From NCBI GenBank assembly GCA_041937175.2, contig CP166615.1:992001-1056000 (forward strand): a stretch of 64,000 nt of DNA. Direction: 5' to 3'. The stretch is from Limnothrix sp. BL-A-16 (GTDB lineage Bacteria; Cyanobacteriota; Cyanobacteriia; CACIAM-69d). Positions within the stretch are counted from its first letter, which is position 1. The number at the start of each line of letters is the position of its first letter. This document shows, piece by piece, positions 30,991 through 41,317 of this stretch. The position numbers were made by a program, and so were the translations under genes. Under the pieces are notes generated by a model. It was given only the letters and a program-made list of their open reading frames with translations. It did no database searches and had not been told where the DNA came from.

Positions 30991-31253
30991 GCAACCCTTG
31001 CTGGGTTTTGGGCCACCCGAAAGCCATTGGGGTTTCGTTAAGTGGTTCCTAAGCTGAATTGTCTTGAACTTGTCTCAAACCTTTTTGTTGTGAACTCTTT
31101 CTCGAATGCTGCTCGGTAGAGCAGGGTATCGGTTGAATGAAAGGTTCTGATCCAAGGTAGTTGGCTTGCGGGCTGGCTACCTTGGACTCTTTCCTGAATT
31201 CGTGCTGGCTGATATTTTGCAAAACCCGACTATTTCAGTGAGCGTTAGCCCCA

Positions 31254-31293
31254 TACCCCCAGCCTGCTCAAGGAGCGCTGGGGGTATTTTTTT
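31254..31293 (+). terminator. intrinsic terminator
   Basis: ATACCCCCAGC...GCTGGGGGTAT stem followed by a T-run. Confidence 0.75.
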
Positions 31294-31370
31294 GGTTTTT
31301 TCGGTGGGACAAGACCCTTGCTAAGATGCGGGTGGGAATGGGGCGATCGCCCGTTGGGGCTTTTGCTGTC

Positions 31371-31461
31371 TCTATTTTTCGGGATCTATTTCGGGATCTA
31401 TTTCGGGATCTATTTTTGCAGGTCTATTTTTAGAACATTTTTGAAGATCTATTTTTAGAAA
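31371..31461. repeat. degenerate tandem repeats of TCTATTT(TT)CGGGA
   Basis: Several 12-14-bp units upstream of the channel gene. Confidence 0.7.
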
Positions 31462-31501
31462 TTTATCGATCCTTTTGGAACCTATTTTTCTGGGTCTCTC
31501 T

Positions 31502-32437
31502 ATGTTGAAATTCAAGCGATCGGGTCAAGTTCGCACACCCAAAGAACCCCATGGTCAAGTGACTTCCGATCGCAAACGGCTACGCATCGTGCGTATGGGA
31601 CACCGTTTCCATCCCTGGGAAGATGCTTACCATTTATTACTAACCTTGAGCTGGCCGAAATTTTGGTTGACGATTATTGTGGGCTATGGGTTAGCCAATT
31701 TCCTGTTTGCTGGGTTATATCTTTTGGAACCCGAAGGAATCGCCAATGCCAAACCGCAATCTTTCATGGATGCGTTCTTTTTTAGTGTGCAAACCATGGC
31801 AACGATCGGCTATGGCGCAATGTATCCGGCCAAGCCTTGGACACAGATGCTCACGGCCATTGAAGCTTTGGTGGGTCTGATGGGATTTTCGGGAGCAACG
31901 GGGCTAATGTTTGCCCGATTTTCGCGGCCCACGGCTCAAGTGCGCTTTAGTCAGGCGCTCCTGAAAACAACCCATGAAGGTCAACCCACGCTGCTGTTTC
32001 GGATGGCTAATCAGCGGCAGAATCAGATCATTGAAGCCCAGGTGAATTTGGTTTTTATTGAGGATACGGTCACCCAGGAAGGGGAATATTTACGCAAGAT
32101 TCAAGATTTATCGTTGGTGCGATCGACCTCGCCCATGTTCGCCCTGTCGTGGTTGGTGATGCACCGAATCGATCAACAAAGTCCCTTATTTGGCCGATCG
32201 ATCGAGTCTTTATTGAATAGTAATGCCACCTTTGTTGTGTCTTTAACTGGGATTGATGATGAACTGAGCCAAACGGTTCATGCTCGCCATATCTATGCAA
32301 TTTCTGATGTTTTAGAAAATCACCGATTTGTGGATATGTTGGCCCATCAGCCCAATGGGGTGATTTGTATTGATTACCGATTTTTTGATCAGGTGGAACC
32401 GGTGGCTCAATTCACACCCAAAATCACGCCCAATTAA
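31502..32437 (+). CDS. inward-rectifier (KirBac-type) potassium channel
   Basis: FFFSVQTMATIGYG selectivity filter, FARFSRP and RMANQR. Confidence 0.92.
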   Translation: MLKFKRSGQVRTPKEPHGQVTSDRKRLRIVRMGHRFHPWEDAYHLLLTLSWPKFWLTIIVGYGLANFLFAGLYLLEPEGIANAKPQSFMDAFFFSVQTMATIGYGAMYPAKPWTQMLTAIEALVGLMGFSGATGLMFARFSRPTAQVRFSQALLKTTHEGQPTLLFRMANQRQNQIIEAQVNLVFIEDTVTQEGEYLRKIQDLSLVRSTSPMFALSWLVMHRIDQQSPLFGRSIESLLNSNATFVVSLTGIDDELSQTVHARHIYAISDVLENHRFVDMLAHQPNGVICIDYRFFDQVEPVAQFTPKITPN

Positions 32438-32443
32438 GGGCGA

Positions 32444-34090
32444 TTATTCACCCCGACGAATTACCAATCGATCGCCCGCTTTGCCAACCAAAATTCCTGC
32501 CTGAAACGGAGGACGATCGCGATCTTGGGGCCGAATCACCCACAGAGCCACGCGGCGATCGGCCCAATGCTTGGCCTGTTCCGATTGAGGCACGGGAATT
32601 ACTTCACAATGACAATAGAAATCCAGGGAAGGGCGCTGGGTGCGATCGCTCGTGTAAACCTTTGAGCCGGAATGGGCAACCGATCGCAGCAGATTCGCCA
32701 CCGGCCGCACGGGATATTGTTCATTCAGTTCCCAAAGCCAACTGCCCGACGAGAAAAACAGCGTTAACCCCACAAACATGCCCCAAAAGGCTACGGGGAT
32801 CAGTTGTCGATCGCCCTGCTGGGCCAACAAGACCACGGCTCCCCCCGTTAGCCCCAAGGCCGCCAGCGCCAGGGCGAGCATCGGCTCCAATGGTGTGGCC
32901 CAGGCGCTGAAGTAAACGGCTCCAGCACAGCCACCCAAGGTCAGCAACCCAAAAATCACCTGCCACGATCGCCCAAACCGGGCCGGCGGTTCTTCCCACA
33001 AAGACCCCAGCAAGGGCCCGATCGCCAGGGCCAAGGGGGGATAGAGCGGCAGACCATACCAGGGAAGTTTGGTTTCCATCACGGAAATGGGCAGTAGATA
33101 GCCCAAGCTCCAAACCAGCACCAACTTGCCCCAGGGCCAATCCCGATCGCCCCAGGCCGCTTGCAACCCAGCGGGCAATAAAAATAGCCAAGGCCAAGCC
33201 AACTCCAACAGTTCTTGTACATAAAACCAGGGCGGGCCGCCTCGATCGCTCACGGAATCCCAAACCCGCCGCAGGGATTGATTCAGCAAATTAGTCTCAA
33301 AAAAGGTGGGGCCGTAGTGTTGCCATTGGGCCCCATACCAAGCCAGAGCTGGGGCCAAGCCCAAAAGCCCCCCGAGCCAGAGATAGGGCGATCGCAACAA
33401 CCGGGGCGTATCCCAGACTAAAAAGCCGAAGATTAGGCCCCCAAACAACAGGGCCACCAGCCCCTTCAATAGGGCGATCGCGCCGAGGGCAAACCCAATT
33501 CCCAGCGTCCACCGCAAATCCCGCCGGGCCCGCAACAGACAGCACCAGGTCAGCAACCCAAAGGCCACAATGGCCGCATCCAGCATGGCCAGCCGTCCAT
33601 GGCGCACCACGGGCAACCAGGTGAGATAAACCAAGGCACTGAAGAGGGCGGCGGCCCGGTGGGTGAAAACTAACCGCCCCACCGCAAACACCAGGGGCAC
33701 GGCCGCCGCACCCAGCAAGGCTCCGGGCAGTCGGGCAGCCCATTCGCTTTCGCCAAAGGTGCGGAACAACAGGGCGATCGCCCAATGGAGCAGCGGCGGC
33801 TTGTTGAAATAGGGGCGATCGTGCAGGGTGGGAAACCACCAGGCCTCGGAGCCGATCGGGACGCGGGCCAGCTCCCGGGCCACTTGGGCCACCGTGCCCT
33901 CATCCCAATCGCGCAGGGGCAACCCACCCAAATTGATGCCATACAACACCAGGGCCAACAATCCCAGCCCGATCGCCCAGGCCCAATCCACCGCCCGATC
34001 GTCCCTGCGCCACAGTTGCCGGGCGATGGCCCCCACGCGGGACGATCGCACCGAGGCCGAAGAACCAGCCGGGTCAGGATTAGGGGCCAT
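32444..34090 (-). CDS. ArnT/GT83-GT39-like membrane glycosyltransferase
   Basis: LRDWDEG, YFNKPPL, ARLP, GRLAMLD and TKLPWY motifs. Confidence 0.88.
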   Translation of the reverse strand: MAPNPDPAGSSASVRSSRVGAIARQLWRRDDRAVDWAWAIGLGLLALVLYGINLGGLPLRDWDEGTVAQVARELARVPIGSEAWWFPTLHDRPYFNKPPLLHWAIALLFRTFGESEWAARLPGALLGAAAVPLVFAVGRLVFTHRAAALFSALVYLTWLPVVRHGRLAMLDAAIVAFGLLTWCCLLRARRDLRWTLGIGFALGAIALLKGLVALLFGGLIFGFLVWDTPRLLRSPYLWLGGLLGLAPALAWYGAQWQHYGPTFFETNLLNQSLRRVWDSVSDRGGPPWFYVQELLELAWPWLFLLPAGLQAAWGDRDWPWGKLVLVWSLGYLLPISVMETKLPWYGLPLYPPLALAIGPLLGSLWEEPPARFGRSWQVIFGLLTLGGCAGAVYFSAWATPLEPMLALALAALGLTGGAVVLLAQQGDRQLIPVAFWGMFVGLTLFFSSGSWLWELNEQYPVRPVANLLRSVAHSGSKVYTSDRTQRPSLDFYCHCEVIPVPQSEQAKHWADRRVALWVIRPQDRDRPPFQAGILVGKAGDRLVIRRGE

Positions 34091-34374
34091 AAGGATGGGG
34101 AACAGGGATGGGGAAATCGATCGCGCGGTTGAAATCAATGCCCAATCTAGCGAATTAAGGGGCCCGAAAACCCAGAATCAATCCGTTTTCGGAGGCTGGC
34201 ATGGCTATTGAAATGGTTGTTGGCAACGATGCCACTCGTGGGGCCCAGACCGCACGCCCGACCCCGATCGGCCGGCTTATACTGGCTGGCATCGTGGGCC
34301 CCATAGCGTCTTCAAAAATTTCCAGCTAAATCAACCGAACCATTCAACCTAGCCATTCAACCTAACCATTTAAG

Positions 34375-35874
34375 ATGCAGCTTTCACCCATCGTCGATAT
34401 CGTTATCGGCCTCCTATTCGTTTACTTAACCCTCAGTCTGTTGGCTTCGGAAATTCAAGAATTGATTGCCACCCTGTTGCAATGGCGAGCCGCTCACCTG
34501 AAACAGTCGATCGCCCAATTACTGGGCGGCGGCAGCCAATCCACCGTCAGCGGCCGCGCCCCCCAGCGTCCCGGTGACAGCACCCGCGCCGAACAACTGA
34601 CCGAACGCCTCTACGATTCCCCCACCATCAACAGCCTGAACCAAGAGGCCCGGGGGTTGTTAGCCGCCGGTTTTCGCAAGGGCTTTCGGGTTCTCTGCAA
34701 CCTGATTGGTCTCAGCAATTCGATCTTTGGGCAACATACCAGCGCCCCTTCCCACATCCCGCCCAGTTCCTTTGCCGATGCGTTGCTGTCTTCGGCCAAA
34801 ATTCCCGAGCTGATTCGTACTGTCAGCCTGCGGCGGTTTGAGCAATTTACCCAAGACTTGGGGCGACAAACCCGTCAATTGCTGCAACCGCAACTGAGCG
34901 ATTCGCGATTGACCCAACTGCTCGATCGCTTTGAACAACGCCTGCGAGACATCACCACCGACTATCGATCGGGCAAATTTGACCTCAAAATCAGCCTCAC
35001 CCGAGTGCTGAACTCCGTCGATCGGCTCATTAGCATTCTGCAAGCGGCCCATATTCCCGAGGTCGATCGACTGGTGATCCTGCGCGACGACACCTTTGAA
35101 GACCGCGAGGGCCACACCATTTTGCTGGCGGCCCTGTTGCCCTCCACCGAAGAAGTGCTCGATGGGTTGCGCCACAAACGCGCCATCTACCAGGAAGTGC
35201 AGGCGGTGATTGCTGAATTGCGCGATGCCAATGACCCAACCCGCAAAGGATTGGAAGAAGCCCTGAACCTGTTGCCCGAGCCTGTGCAAGACAACCTGTT
35301 GCTGCTGGCAAAGCGGGCCCGATCGCGAGCGGCCTCCGCGCAAGAGGATTTCCAGGAATTCCAAAAGGAAGTGGAAGGTTGGTACGATCGAGCGCGCGAT
35401 CGAGCATCGGGGGTCTATCGCCGCAATGCACGCGGGGTTTCGATCCTGTTGGGCATTGTCCTGGCGGTGGCCAGCAACGCCGACACCTTCAACATTGTGA
35501 GCAAGCTGTCTCGGGATACGGCCCTGCGGCAAGCGGTGAGCGCCTACGCCGATCGAGTCGTTCAAACGGGTAGCGCCCCCGGAGTTCCTTCGCGGCCCAT
35601 GCTGCCCAAGTGGTCGGAAGTTAGCCAGGATATGCAGGCGGCTTTGGATGAAACCACCCTCCCGATCGGCTGGGACTCCAACAAATTAAATGAGCAACTA
35701 CGCTACGACAATCGCAAACCCAACAACCAAGGAGAAGTGATTTGGGTTTTAATTCGCACGGCTTTGGGCTGGCTGGTCACGGGCTTGGCGATCGCGATGG
35801 GCGCGCCCTTTTGGTTTGATCTACTTGGCAAAATTATGCGAGTTAAAAACACCGGCAAATCAGAAGCATCCTAA
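34375..35874 (+). CDS. conserved hypothetical membrane protein
   Basis: Long ORF with an N-terminal TM helix (LLASEIQE..LQWRA), helical middle and C-terminal GAPFWFDLL. Confidence 0.7.
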   Translation: MQLSPIVDIVIGLLFVYLTLSLLASEIQELIATLLQWRAAHLKQSIAQLLGGGSQSTVSGRAPQRPGDSTRAEQLTERLYDSPTINSLNQEARGLLAAGFRKGFRVLCNLIGLSNSIFGQHTSAPSHIPPSSFADALLSSAKIPELIRTVSLRRFEQFTQDLGRQTRQLLQPQLSDSRLTQLLDRFEQRLRDITTDYRSGKFDLKISLTRVLNSVDRLISILQAAHIPEVDRLVILRDDTFEDREGHTILLAALLPSTEEVLDGLRHKRAIYQEVQAVIAELRDANDPTRKGLEEALNLLPEPVQDNLLLLAKRARSRAASAQEDFQEFQKEVEGWYDRARDRASGVYRRNARGVSILLGIVLAVASNADTFNIVSKLSRDTALRQAVSAYADRVVQTGSAPGVPSRPMLPKWSEVSQDMQAALDETTLPIGWDSNKLNEQLRYDNRKPNNQGEVIWVLIRTALGWLVTGLAIAMGAPFWFDLLGKIMRVKNTGKSEAS

Positions 35875-35960
35875 TTGTCCAGCACCATATTGGCGGTGAT
35901 AAAATCTCGTGAGTAGGTTATCGGCTCACTCATAACGCCTCAGGGCCGAACCATTCGCCC

Positions 35961-37163
35961 ATGCCAAAAGTCACAACCACAACGTCTGAGTCTGGCGGTT
36001 TGGGTTGGGTTTGGTTGCTGTTGCTGTTGGGTACGGGGGCGATCGGGGGTGGGCTTTGGGGGCTAACGAGCTGGCTACTGGGTCGATCGCCCGCCTTGCT
36101 CACCCAGGCCCGCCAAGCGCGATCGACTCCTTCAATTCCCCGCCTTGCGGAAACCAACCAACAACTCACCCAGCAAATCAACTGGCTGCAATTGATTCCC
36201 CCTTGGCCCCTGTTGCCCCATGACCAGGCCCAAGCCCAATTGCCCACGCTCAAAGACCAGCAAGCCGCCATTAACCGCGAGCTGACGATTGCCCGGGGCC
36301 TGAACACCGCTGAAAATGCGGCCATGAAAGCCGCCCGTTTGGTGCAAAATCCGCCCCACCCGCCGGCCGTTTGGCAACAGGCCAAGCAGCAATGGCAGTT
36401 GGCGATTCAAACGTTGGCGAGTCTGCCGCCGGATGCGTTGACGGGGGCAATGATTCAAAGCAAGCTGGCCACCTATCGATCGAATCTAGCGGCAATTGAA
36501 CAGCAATTGGCTGTGGCAGTGCAGGCGGTGGAATTTAACAATCGCGGGGTTGAGGAGCTGAACAACGAACGCTACCGCGAGGCGATCGCTTGGTTTCAGC
36601 AGGCCCTGGCTCACAACCCCAAGATGGCGGAGGCCCTGTTGGGGCAAGGGTTGGCGCAAGTGGCCCTCCAAGACTATCGATCGGCATTGGAGTCCTTCAA
36701 TCGATCGATTACCGCCAAGGGGGATTTTGTGGATCCGTATCTCTATCGGGCGGAAACTCGCTATGAATTTGGCGATGCGGCTGGGGCCATGGCGGACTTG
36801 GATCAGGCCATTGCCCTGGATAATCAACGGGCGACGGCCTATCTGTTGCGGGGGGTGATCCATTTTGCCCAAGACCAAGCCAATCAGGCCCGATCGGACT
36901 TAAACAAAGCCGTGGAGCTGTTTTCGCAACAGCAAGATTTTGATTCTGCGACCCAAGCCCGCACCCTGCTGGCGCAACTGCCCGCTGAATTGCCTCCTGC
37001 TGAATTGCCGGTGACGGAATCTGCCCCGCCAGACAATCCAGCAGTGGCGGTGGAGGACGATGACGATGATGATGACGACTACAAACGCCGTCGTCGCCTC
37101 TCGTTGCGGGATGTGCGATCGACCTGGGATCGGGTGCGCCGCTCTGGTCGCCGTCGCCGCTAG
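35961..37163 (+). CDS. membrane-anchored TPR protein
   Basis: N-terminal TM helix, TPR-like repeats (A...F.QAL...P..AEA) and an acidic-then-basic tail. Confidence 0.8.
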   Translation: MPKVTTTTSESGGLGWVWLLLLLGTGAIGGGLWGLTSWLLGRSPALLTQARQARSTPSIPRLAETNQQLTQQINWLQLIPPWPLLPHDQAQAQLPTLKDQQAAINRELTIARGLNTAENAAMKAARLVQNPPHPPAVWQQAKQQWQLAIQTLASLPPDALTGAMIQSKLATYRSNLAAIEQQLAVAVQAVEFNNRGVEELNNERYREAIAWFQQALAHNPKMAEALLGQGLAQVALQDYRSALESFNRSITAKGDFVDPYLYRAETRYEFGDAAGAMADLDQAIALDNQRATAYLLRGVIHFAQDQANQARSDLNKAVELFSQQQDFDSATQARTLLAQLPAELPPAELPVTESAPPDNPAVAVEDDDDDDDDYKRRRRLSLRDVRSTWDRVRRSGRRRR

Positions 37164-37229
37164 GTTTTGCAATCAATAGCAACTTTCCCAAGGCCCGCAG
37201 AATGCCCAATTCAGGATCCCCAATTGTCC

Positions 37230-40013
37230 ATGGCCGCAAACCGATCGAGCGTCAACCCCTCAAGAACCATCTGGCTGGGAGCCAAGGCCGCCCAGGTGCA
37301 ACGGGTGATCGCCCAAGGTCTTTGGGGGCCCTTTGATTGGGTGCTGACCCCGACCCGGCAGGCGGCCCGGGCGATCGGGGTGCAGGCCCAATCTCTCGAT
37401 CAACTCCTCAAGCGGTTGCGATTGGATGGCAACCTGGCTCCGATGCTGATGCGTCAGCGGGCTTTACGATCGGCCGTGGCGAAGGTTTGGCCTGATGTGG
37501 AAGCGGGGCCCTATGCCAATACGATCGCCCCCGTGATTCGGGAAATGCTGCACAACGGTTGGTCTCTGGCGATGGCGGCCCAGGAACCCACCTTGAGCGA
37601 TCGGGCGCGGCGGTTGGTGACCATTGCCCAGGCTTATTTGCAAGCGCTGCAATTATCGGGCGATCAAAAATTGGGCGATCAACAACCAGGTGATCAAAAA
37701 CTGGGCGATCAATCCACTCAGCGGCGGGCCGTTGATCGACCAGCCGATCGACTAGATGCGGCCCAAATTTATGGACAGGCAGCCCAGGCGATCGCCCAAG
37801 GTGCAGCGGATCCTCTGGTGTTGGGCCTCTGGGGCTATGGCTATTTGGCTCCCGATGCGATCGCCCTCATTGATGCCCTGGCGGGGCCCGGCAGTTGCCT
37901 TTGGTGGCCCAATGATCTGGCTTTGCATCGGCTGCTGCCGGCCTGGGAACAGCGGGGCTGGACGGTGCGATCGGCCTCGGAACTTTCTGAAGAACCCGAA
38001 GCAACAACGCCCCCGACCGAATGCCAAGCCTTGCAACAGGCGATCGCCTTTCCCACTCTGGAGGACGAGGTGCGCTGGGTTCTGGCCAAGGTCAAACAGC
38101 ATCTTCACCAAGGCGTGCCAGCTAATCAAATGGTGTTGATTGCCCGCGATGAGCAACGCTACGGGCCGAAGCTGTTGGAGGTGGCGCAGGAATTTGAGGT
38201 TCCGGTGCGGTTGCTGTATGGTGTGCCCCTCACGCAAACACGGGTGGGCCATTGGGTGCAATGCCTGCTGGAAGCGGCCCAACAACAATGGGCCTATGAG
38301 CCAGCGGTGCAATTATTGCGCCACCCGATCGGGCGAGATCGCCTAGAAGATCAATGGGAAACGGCCCGCCGCCTACGCCCCGATCGCCCCAAGGCCTGGG
38401 TTCAGGCAGGCATTGATCTTGCGGATTTGGCCCCGCCGGCCCAATCGGCCCGCCGCGAGGCCACCCGTGAGCAGTGGGTGAGTTGGGTGCAGGACTGTGC
38501 CCGATCGCTGGAGATTCGATCGGGCGCACAGCATTGGCCCAGTGAAGCCAACGCCCTCAGCAGCCTGAATCATCACTTGATTGAGCTAGCCCGTCCCAGC
38601 CACGAAACATTAACCCTGGCCAGCTTTGCCCAGGAATTGCGAGAACTGTTGAGCCTCATTGCCGTGCCCCGCCATCCTGGCCGCGGCGGTGTGGAATTGC
38701 ACAACCCCGCTAGCCTCATCGGGGCCCAATATCGCTACGGATTTGCCCTGGGGATGGTGGAAGGCTGGTGGCCCGCCCCGATCGCCCCTGATTTAGCCCT
38801 CGATTGGTTCGATCGACGCGCCCTCACCCAAGCCGGGTTTCCGATGGCTGGCACTGCCGAGCTGGCGGATCAAGAGCGCCTCCACAACAGCGCCGCCTTT
38901 GCCACCATCCAAGCGCAATTGGTGTTTAGCTATCCCCAGTGGCACGGCCAGCAACCCCAATCCCCCAGCGCCCTGCTCCGCAATCCCCAAATCAAACCCG
39001 CCGAGCCGGAGCCGGTTCCCGATGTCAGCCCCTTGGCCAGTTGGCAGCGGTTTTTGACCCGAGCCGATCGCCCCGCAGTCCTGGCGCAGGATCCCTTAGG
39101 CCCAGCCTTGGAGCGAGCTTGGCGGATGGAATGCCAACGATTGCGCAACGGCCCACCCAATCTCCCGGAAGATTTGGCATTTAACGGCTTCCTTGGCTCC
39201 CTCGCCGCCATGGATCCCGATCGGCATACCTTTAGCGCCTCTCAAATCACCGATTTGGGGCAATGTCCGTTCAAATACTTTGCACGGCGCGTTCTGCGGC
39301 TCCAAGAACCCCAAGAAACCGAAGCCGACTTGCCCCGAAACAGCAAAGGCAACCTCTACCACCGCGTTTTGCAAAAACTGGGGGAACAACAGCGCGATCA
39401 GCAAGCGCCCGTTTTCAATGACCCTGAGCAACGGTTGGCGGCCCTCGAAACCTGGCTGGCCGAAGCGGCCACCGAACTGCAACTGCCGCGCCATCTCACC
39501 TGGACAGCCCAGCGCCAAGAACTCCTGGCCCAATTGCAGTGGTTAATTGTGCAAGACAGCTTTTTACCCACCGAATCCACCATCCTCCATTGCGAAGTGC
39601 CCTTTGAAGGGGAGTGGCTGGGTCTGAAGGTGAAGGGCATGATCGATCGAGTGGATCAGTCCCCCGATGGCTTGGTTCTGATTGATTACAAAACCGGTAA
39701 AGCCGAAGGAGCCAAAGTCAAAGACCAAACCGGCCAAGCCAGCCTGGATGTGCAACTGTTGGTTTATGCCAGCGCCGCCGCCCAACTGGTTCCCGAAACC
39801 CCCGTCGCCAAGGCCTATTACTACAGTTTGCGAGAAGCGAAGCCCTCGCCATCCCAACAGCCCACCCGTGACGATCCAGAGGTGGGAGCCTTGGTGCAAC
39901 GATTGCGTCACCACTTAGCGGCGGGGGAATACCCTGTGGATCCCGATCGGGAATACAAAGCCTGTCAGTTTTGCGAAGCCTCATCGGCCTGTCGTTGTGT
40001 CCAGGATGGCTGA
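37230..40013 (+). CDS. AddB/RexB-like helicase-dead PD-(D/E)XK nuclease with Fe-S cysteines
   Basis: SASQI..GQCPFKYF, GNLYH, GMIDRVD, LIDYKTG, QLLVY and CQFCEASSAC. Start uncertain (37167 or 37230). Confidence 0.8.
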   Translation: MAANRSSVNPSRTIWLGAKAAQVQRVIAQGLWGPFDWVLTPTRQAARAIGVQAQSLDQLLKRLRLDGNLAPMLMRQRALRSAVAKVWPDVEAGPYANTIAPVIREMLHNGWSLAMAAQEPTLSDRARRLVTIAQAYLQALQLSGDQKLGDQQPGDQKLGDQSTQRRAVDRPADRLDAAQIYGQAAQAIAQGAADPLVLGLWGYGYLAPDAIALIDALAGPGSCLWWPNDLALHRLLPAWEQRGWTVRSASELSEEPEATTPPTECQALQQAIAFPTLEDEVRWVLAKVKQHLHQGVPANQMVLIARDEQRYGPKLLEVAQEFEVPVRLLYGVPLTQTRVGHWVQCLLEAAQQQWAYEPAVQLLRHPIGRDRLEDQWETARRLRPDRPKAWVQAGIDLADLAPPAQSARREATREQWVSWVQDCARSLEIRSGAQHWPSEANALSSLNHHLIELARPSHETLTLASFAQELRELLSLIAVPRHPGRGGVELHNPASLIGAQYRYGFALGMVEGWWPAPIAPDLALDWFDRRALTQAGFPMAGTAELADQERLHNSAAFATIQAQLVFSYPQWHGQQPQSPSALLRNPQIKPAEPEPVPDVSPLASWQRFLTRADRPAVLAQDPLGPALERAWRMECQRLRNGPPNLPEDLAFNGFLGSLAAMDPDRHTFSASQITDLGQCPFKYFARRVLRLQEPQETEADLPRNSKGNLYHRVLQKLGEQQRDQQAPVFNDPEQRLAALETWLAEAATELQLPRHLTWTAQRQELLAQLQWLIVQDSFLPTESTILHCEVPFEGEWLGLKVKGMIDRVDQSPDGLVLIDYKTGKAEGAKVKDQTGQASLDVQLLVYASAAAQLVPETPVAKAYYYSLREAKPSPSQQPTRDDPEVGALVQRLRHHLAAGEYPVDPDREYKACQFCEASSACRCVQDG

Positions 40014-40141
40014 TTGCAAGTGGGATTTGCTCTACGATTGGCTGAACAACCGCCACAGAATACTCTGGTAATGTTCTGCATGGGAGACTCTTTTCCCTGC
40101 GATTGTTAGCCGTGACGATGCACGGGTGCTGATTTTCGATC

Positions 40142-41287
40142 ATGATCGGGTCGATCGCTCAGCCTCCTCCCCTTTCTCCCCCCTCCTTCCAGGTGTCTGA
40201 ACGTCGCCGTTTTCGTCCGATCGACCAACGACCGTTCCAAAAGATTTGGATTGGGGCTGCCTTCTTTGCAGTCACCCTCATCATCTCCGTCACGGGCTAC
40301 ATGATCGCTGGCTGGGGGTTCCTCGATGCCTTCTACATGACCATCATCACCGTCTTTGGCGTGGGTTATGGGGAAATTGGCCCCATGACCCCCCATTTGC
40401 GGGCCTTCACGATTTTTGTGATCATCGCGGGCACTTCTTCGGCGGTCTACACTGTAGGGGGGGTCTTCCAAGCCCTGGCCGAGGGCGAAATGAATCGGCT
40501 ACTGGGGGCCAGGCGCATGAGTCGAGATATTGATCGCCTCAAAGATCATGTAATCATCTGCGGGTTGGGCCGCATTGGTCGGCTATTGGCCCGCAAGCTG
40601 GTGGAAACGGGCCAGCCCTTCGTGGTGATTGACTCCAATCCTGATCGGGTGGAGCGGGGTGTCAATCTGGGCTATTTGGTTTATGAAGGCAACGCCACCG
40701 ATGAATCGGTTTTGCGAGCGGCGGGCATTGAGCGGGCCAAGGCCTTGGCTACGGTGTTGCCCGATGATGCGGAAAATGTGTTCATTACCCTGACCGCCCG
40801 GGGCATGAATCCCCACATGACGATCGTGGCTCGGGGCGAAGCAGCCAGCACCGAAAACAAGCTGAAGCTGGCCGGAGCCGATCGAGTGGTTTTGCCAGCT
40901 AATATTGGGGCGGAGCGGATTGCTCAAATTTTGAATCACCCCTCTGCCCTCTATTTCTTGGAAGAGGATGAGGGCCGGGCCACCCTCAGCGAAATGCTGT
41001 TGCGGTTGGATGTGAAGCTGGACGAAGTGTCCGTGCTTCCCCAATCCCCCTTGGATGGCCGGACGATCGGGGACGTGGAAGTGCGTGGCAACGGCACATT
41101 CATCGTTGTGGCCCTGCTGCAAAAGGACGGCAACACCATCATTCACCCACCCCAATCGACGCAACTTTATCCAGGCGATACGCTGATCGTGATGGGTCAC
41201 AGCGACGATATGCCCACCTTTGTCTTTGGTCGGGAATATAGCCGCAACCACAACCGCAACCAACGCTATCGCGGCCTACCCCGTTAG
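40142..41287 (+). CDS. 2-TM potassium channel with TrkA-N/TrkA-C (RCK) domains
   Basis: Filter TVFGVGYG and Rossmann motif IICGLGRIG. Confidence 0.9.
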   Translation: MIGSIAQPPPLSPPSFQVSERRRFRPIDQRPFQKIWIGAAFFAVTLIISVTGYMIAGWGFLDAFYMTIITVFGVGYGEIGPMTPHLRAFTIFVIIAGTSSAVYTVGGVFQALAEGEMNRLLGARRMSRDIDRLKDHVIICGLGRIGRLLARKLVETGQPFVVIDSNPDRVERGVNLGYLVYEGNATDESVLRAAGIERAKALATVLPDDAENVFITLTARGMNPHMTIVARGEAASTENKLKLAGADRVVLPANIGAERIAQILNHPSALYFLEEDEGRATLSEMLLRLDVKLDEVSVLPQSPLDGRTIGDVEVRGNGTFIVVALLQKDGNTIIHPPQSTQLYPGDTLIVMGHSDDMPTFVFGREYSRNHNRNQRYRGLPR

Positions 41288-41317
41288 CGGGCAGCCACCA
41301 GTTTTAGACCGAGGTTC

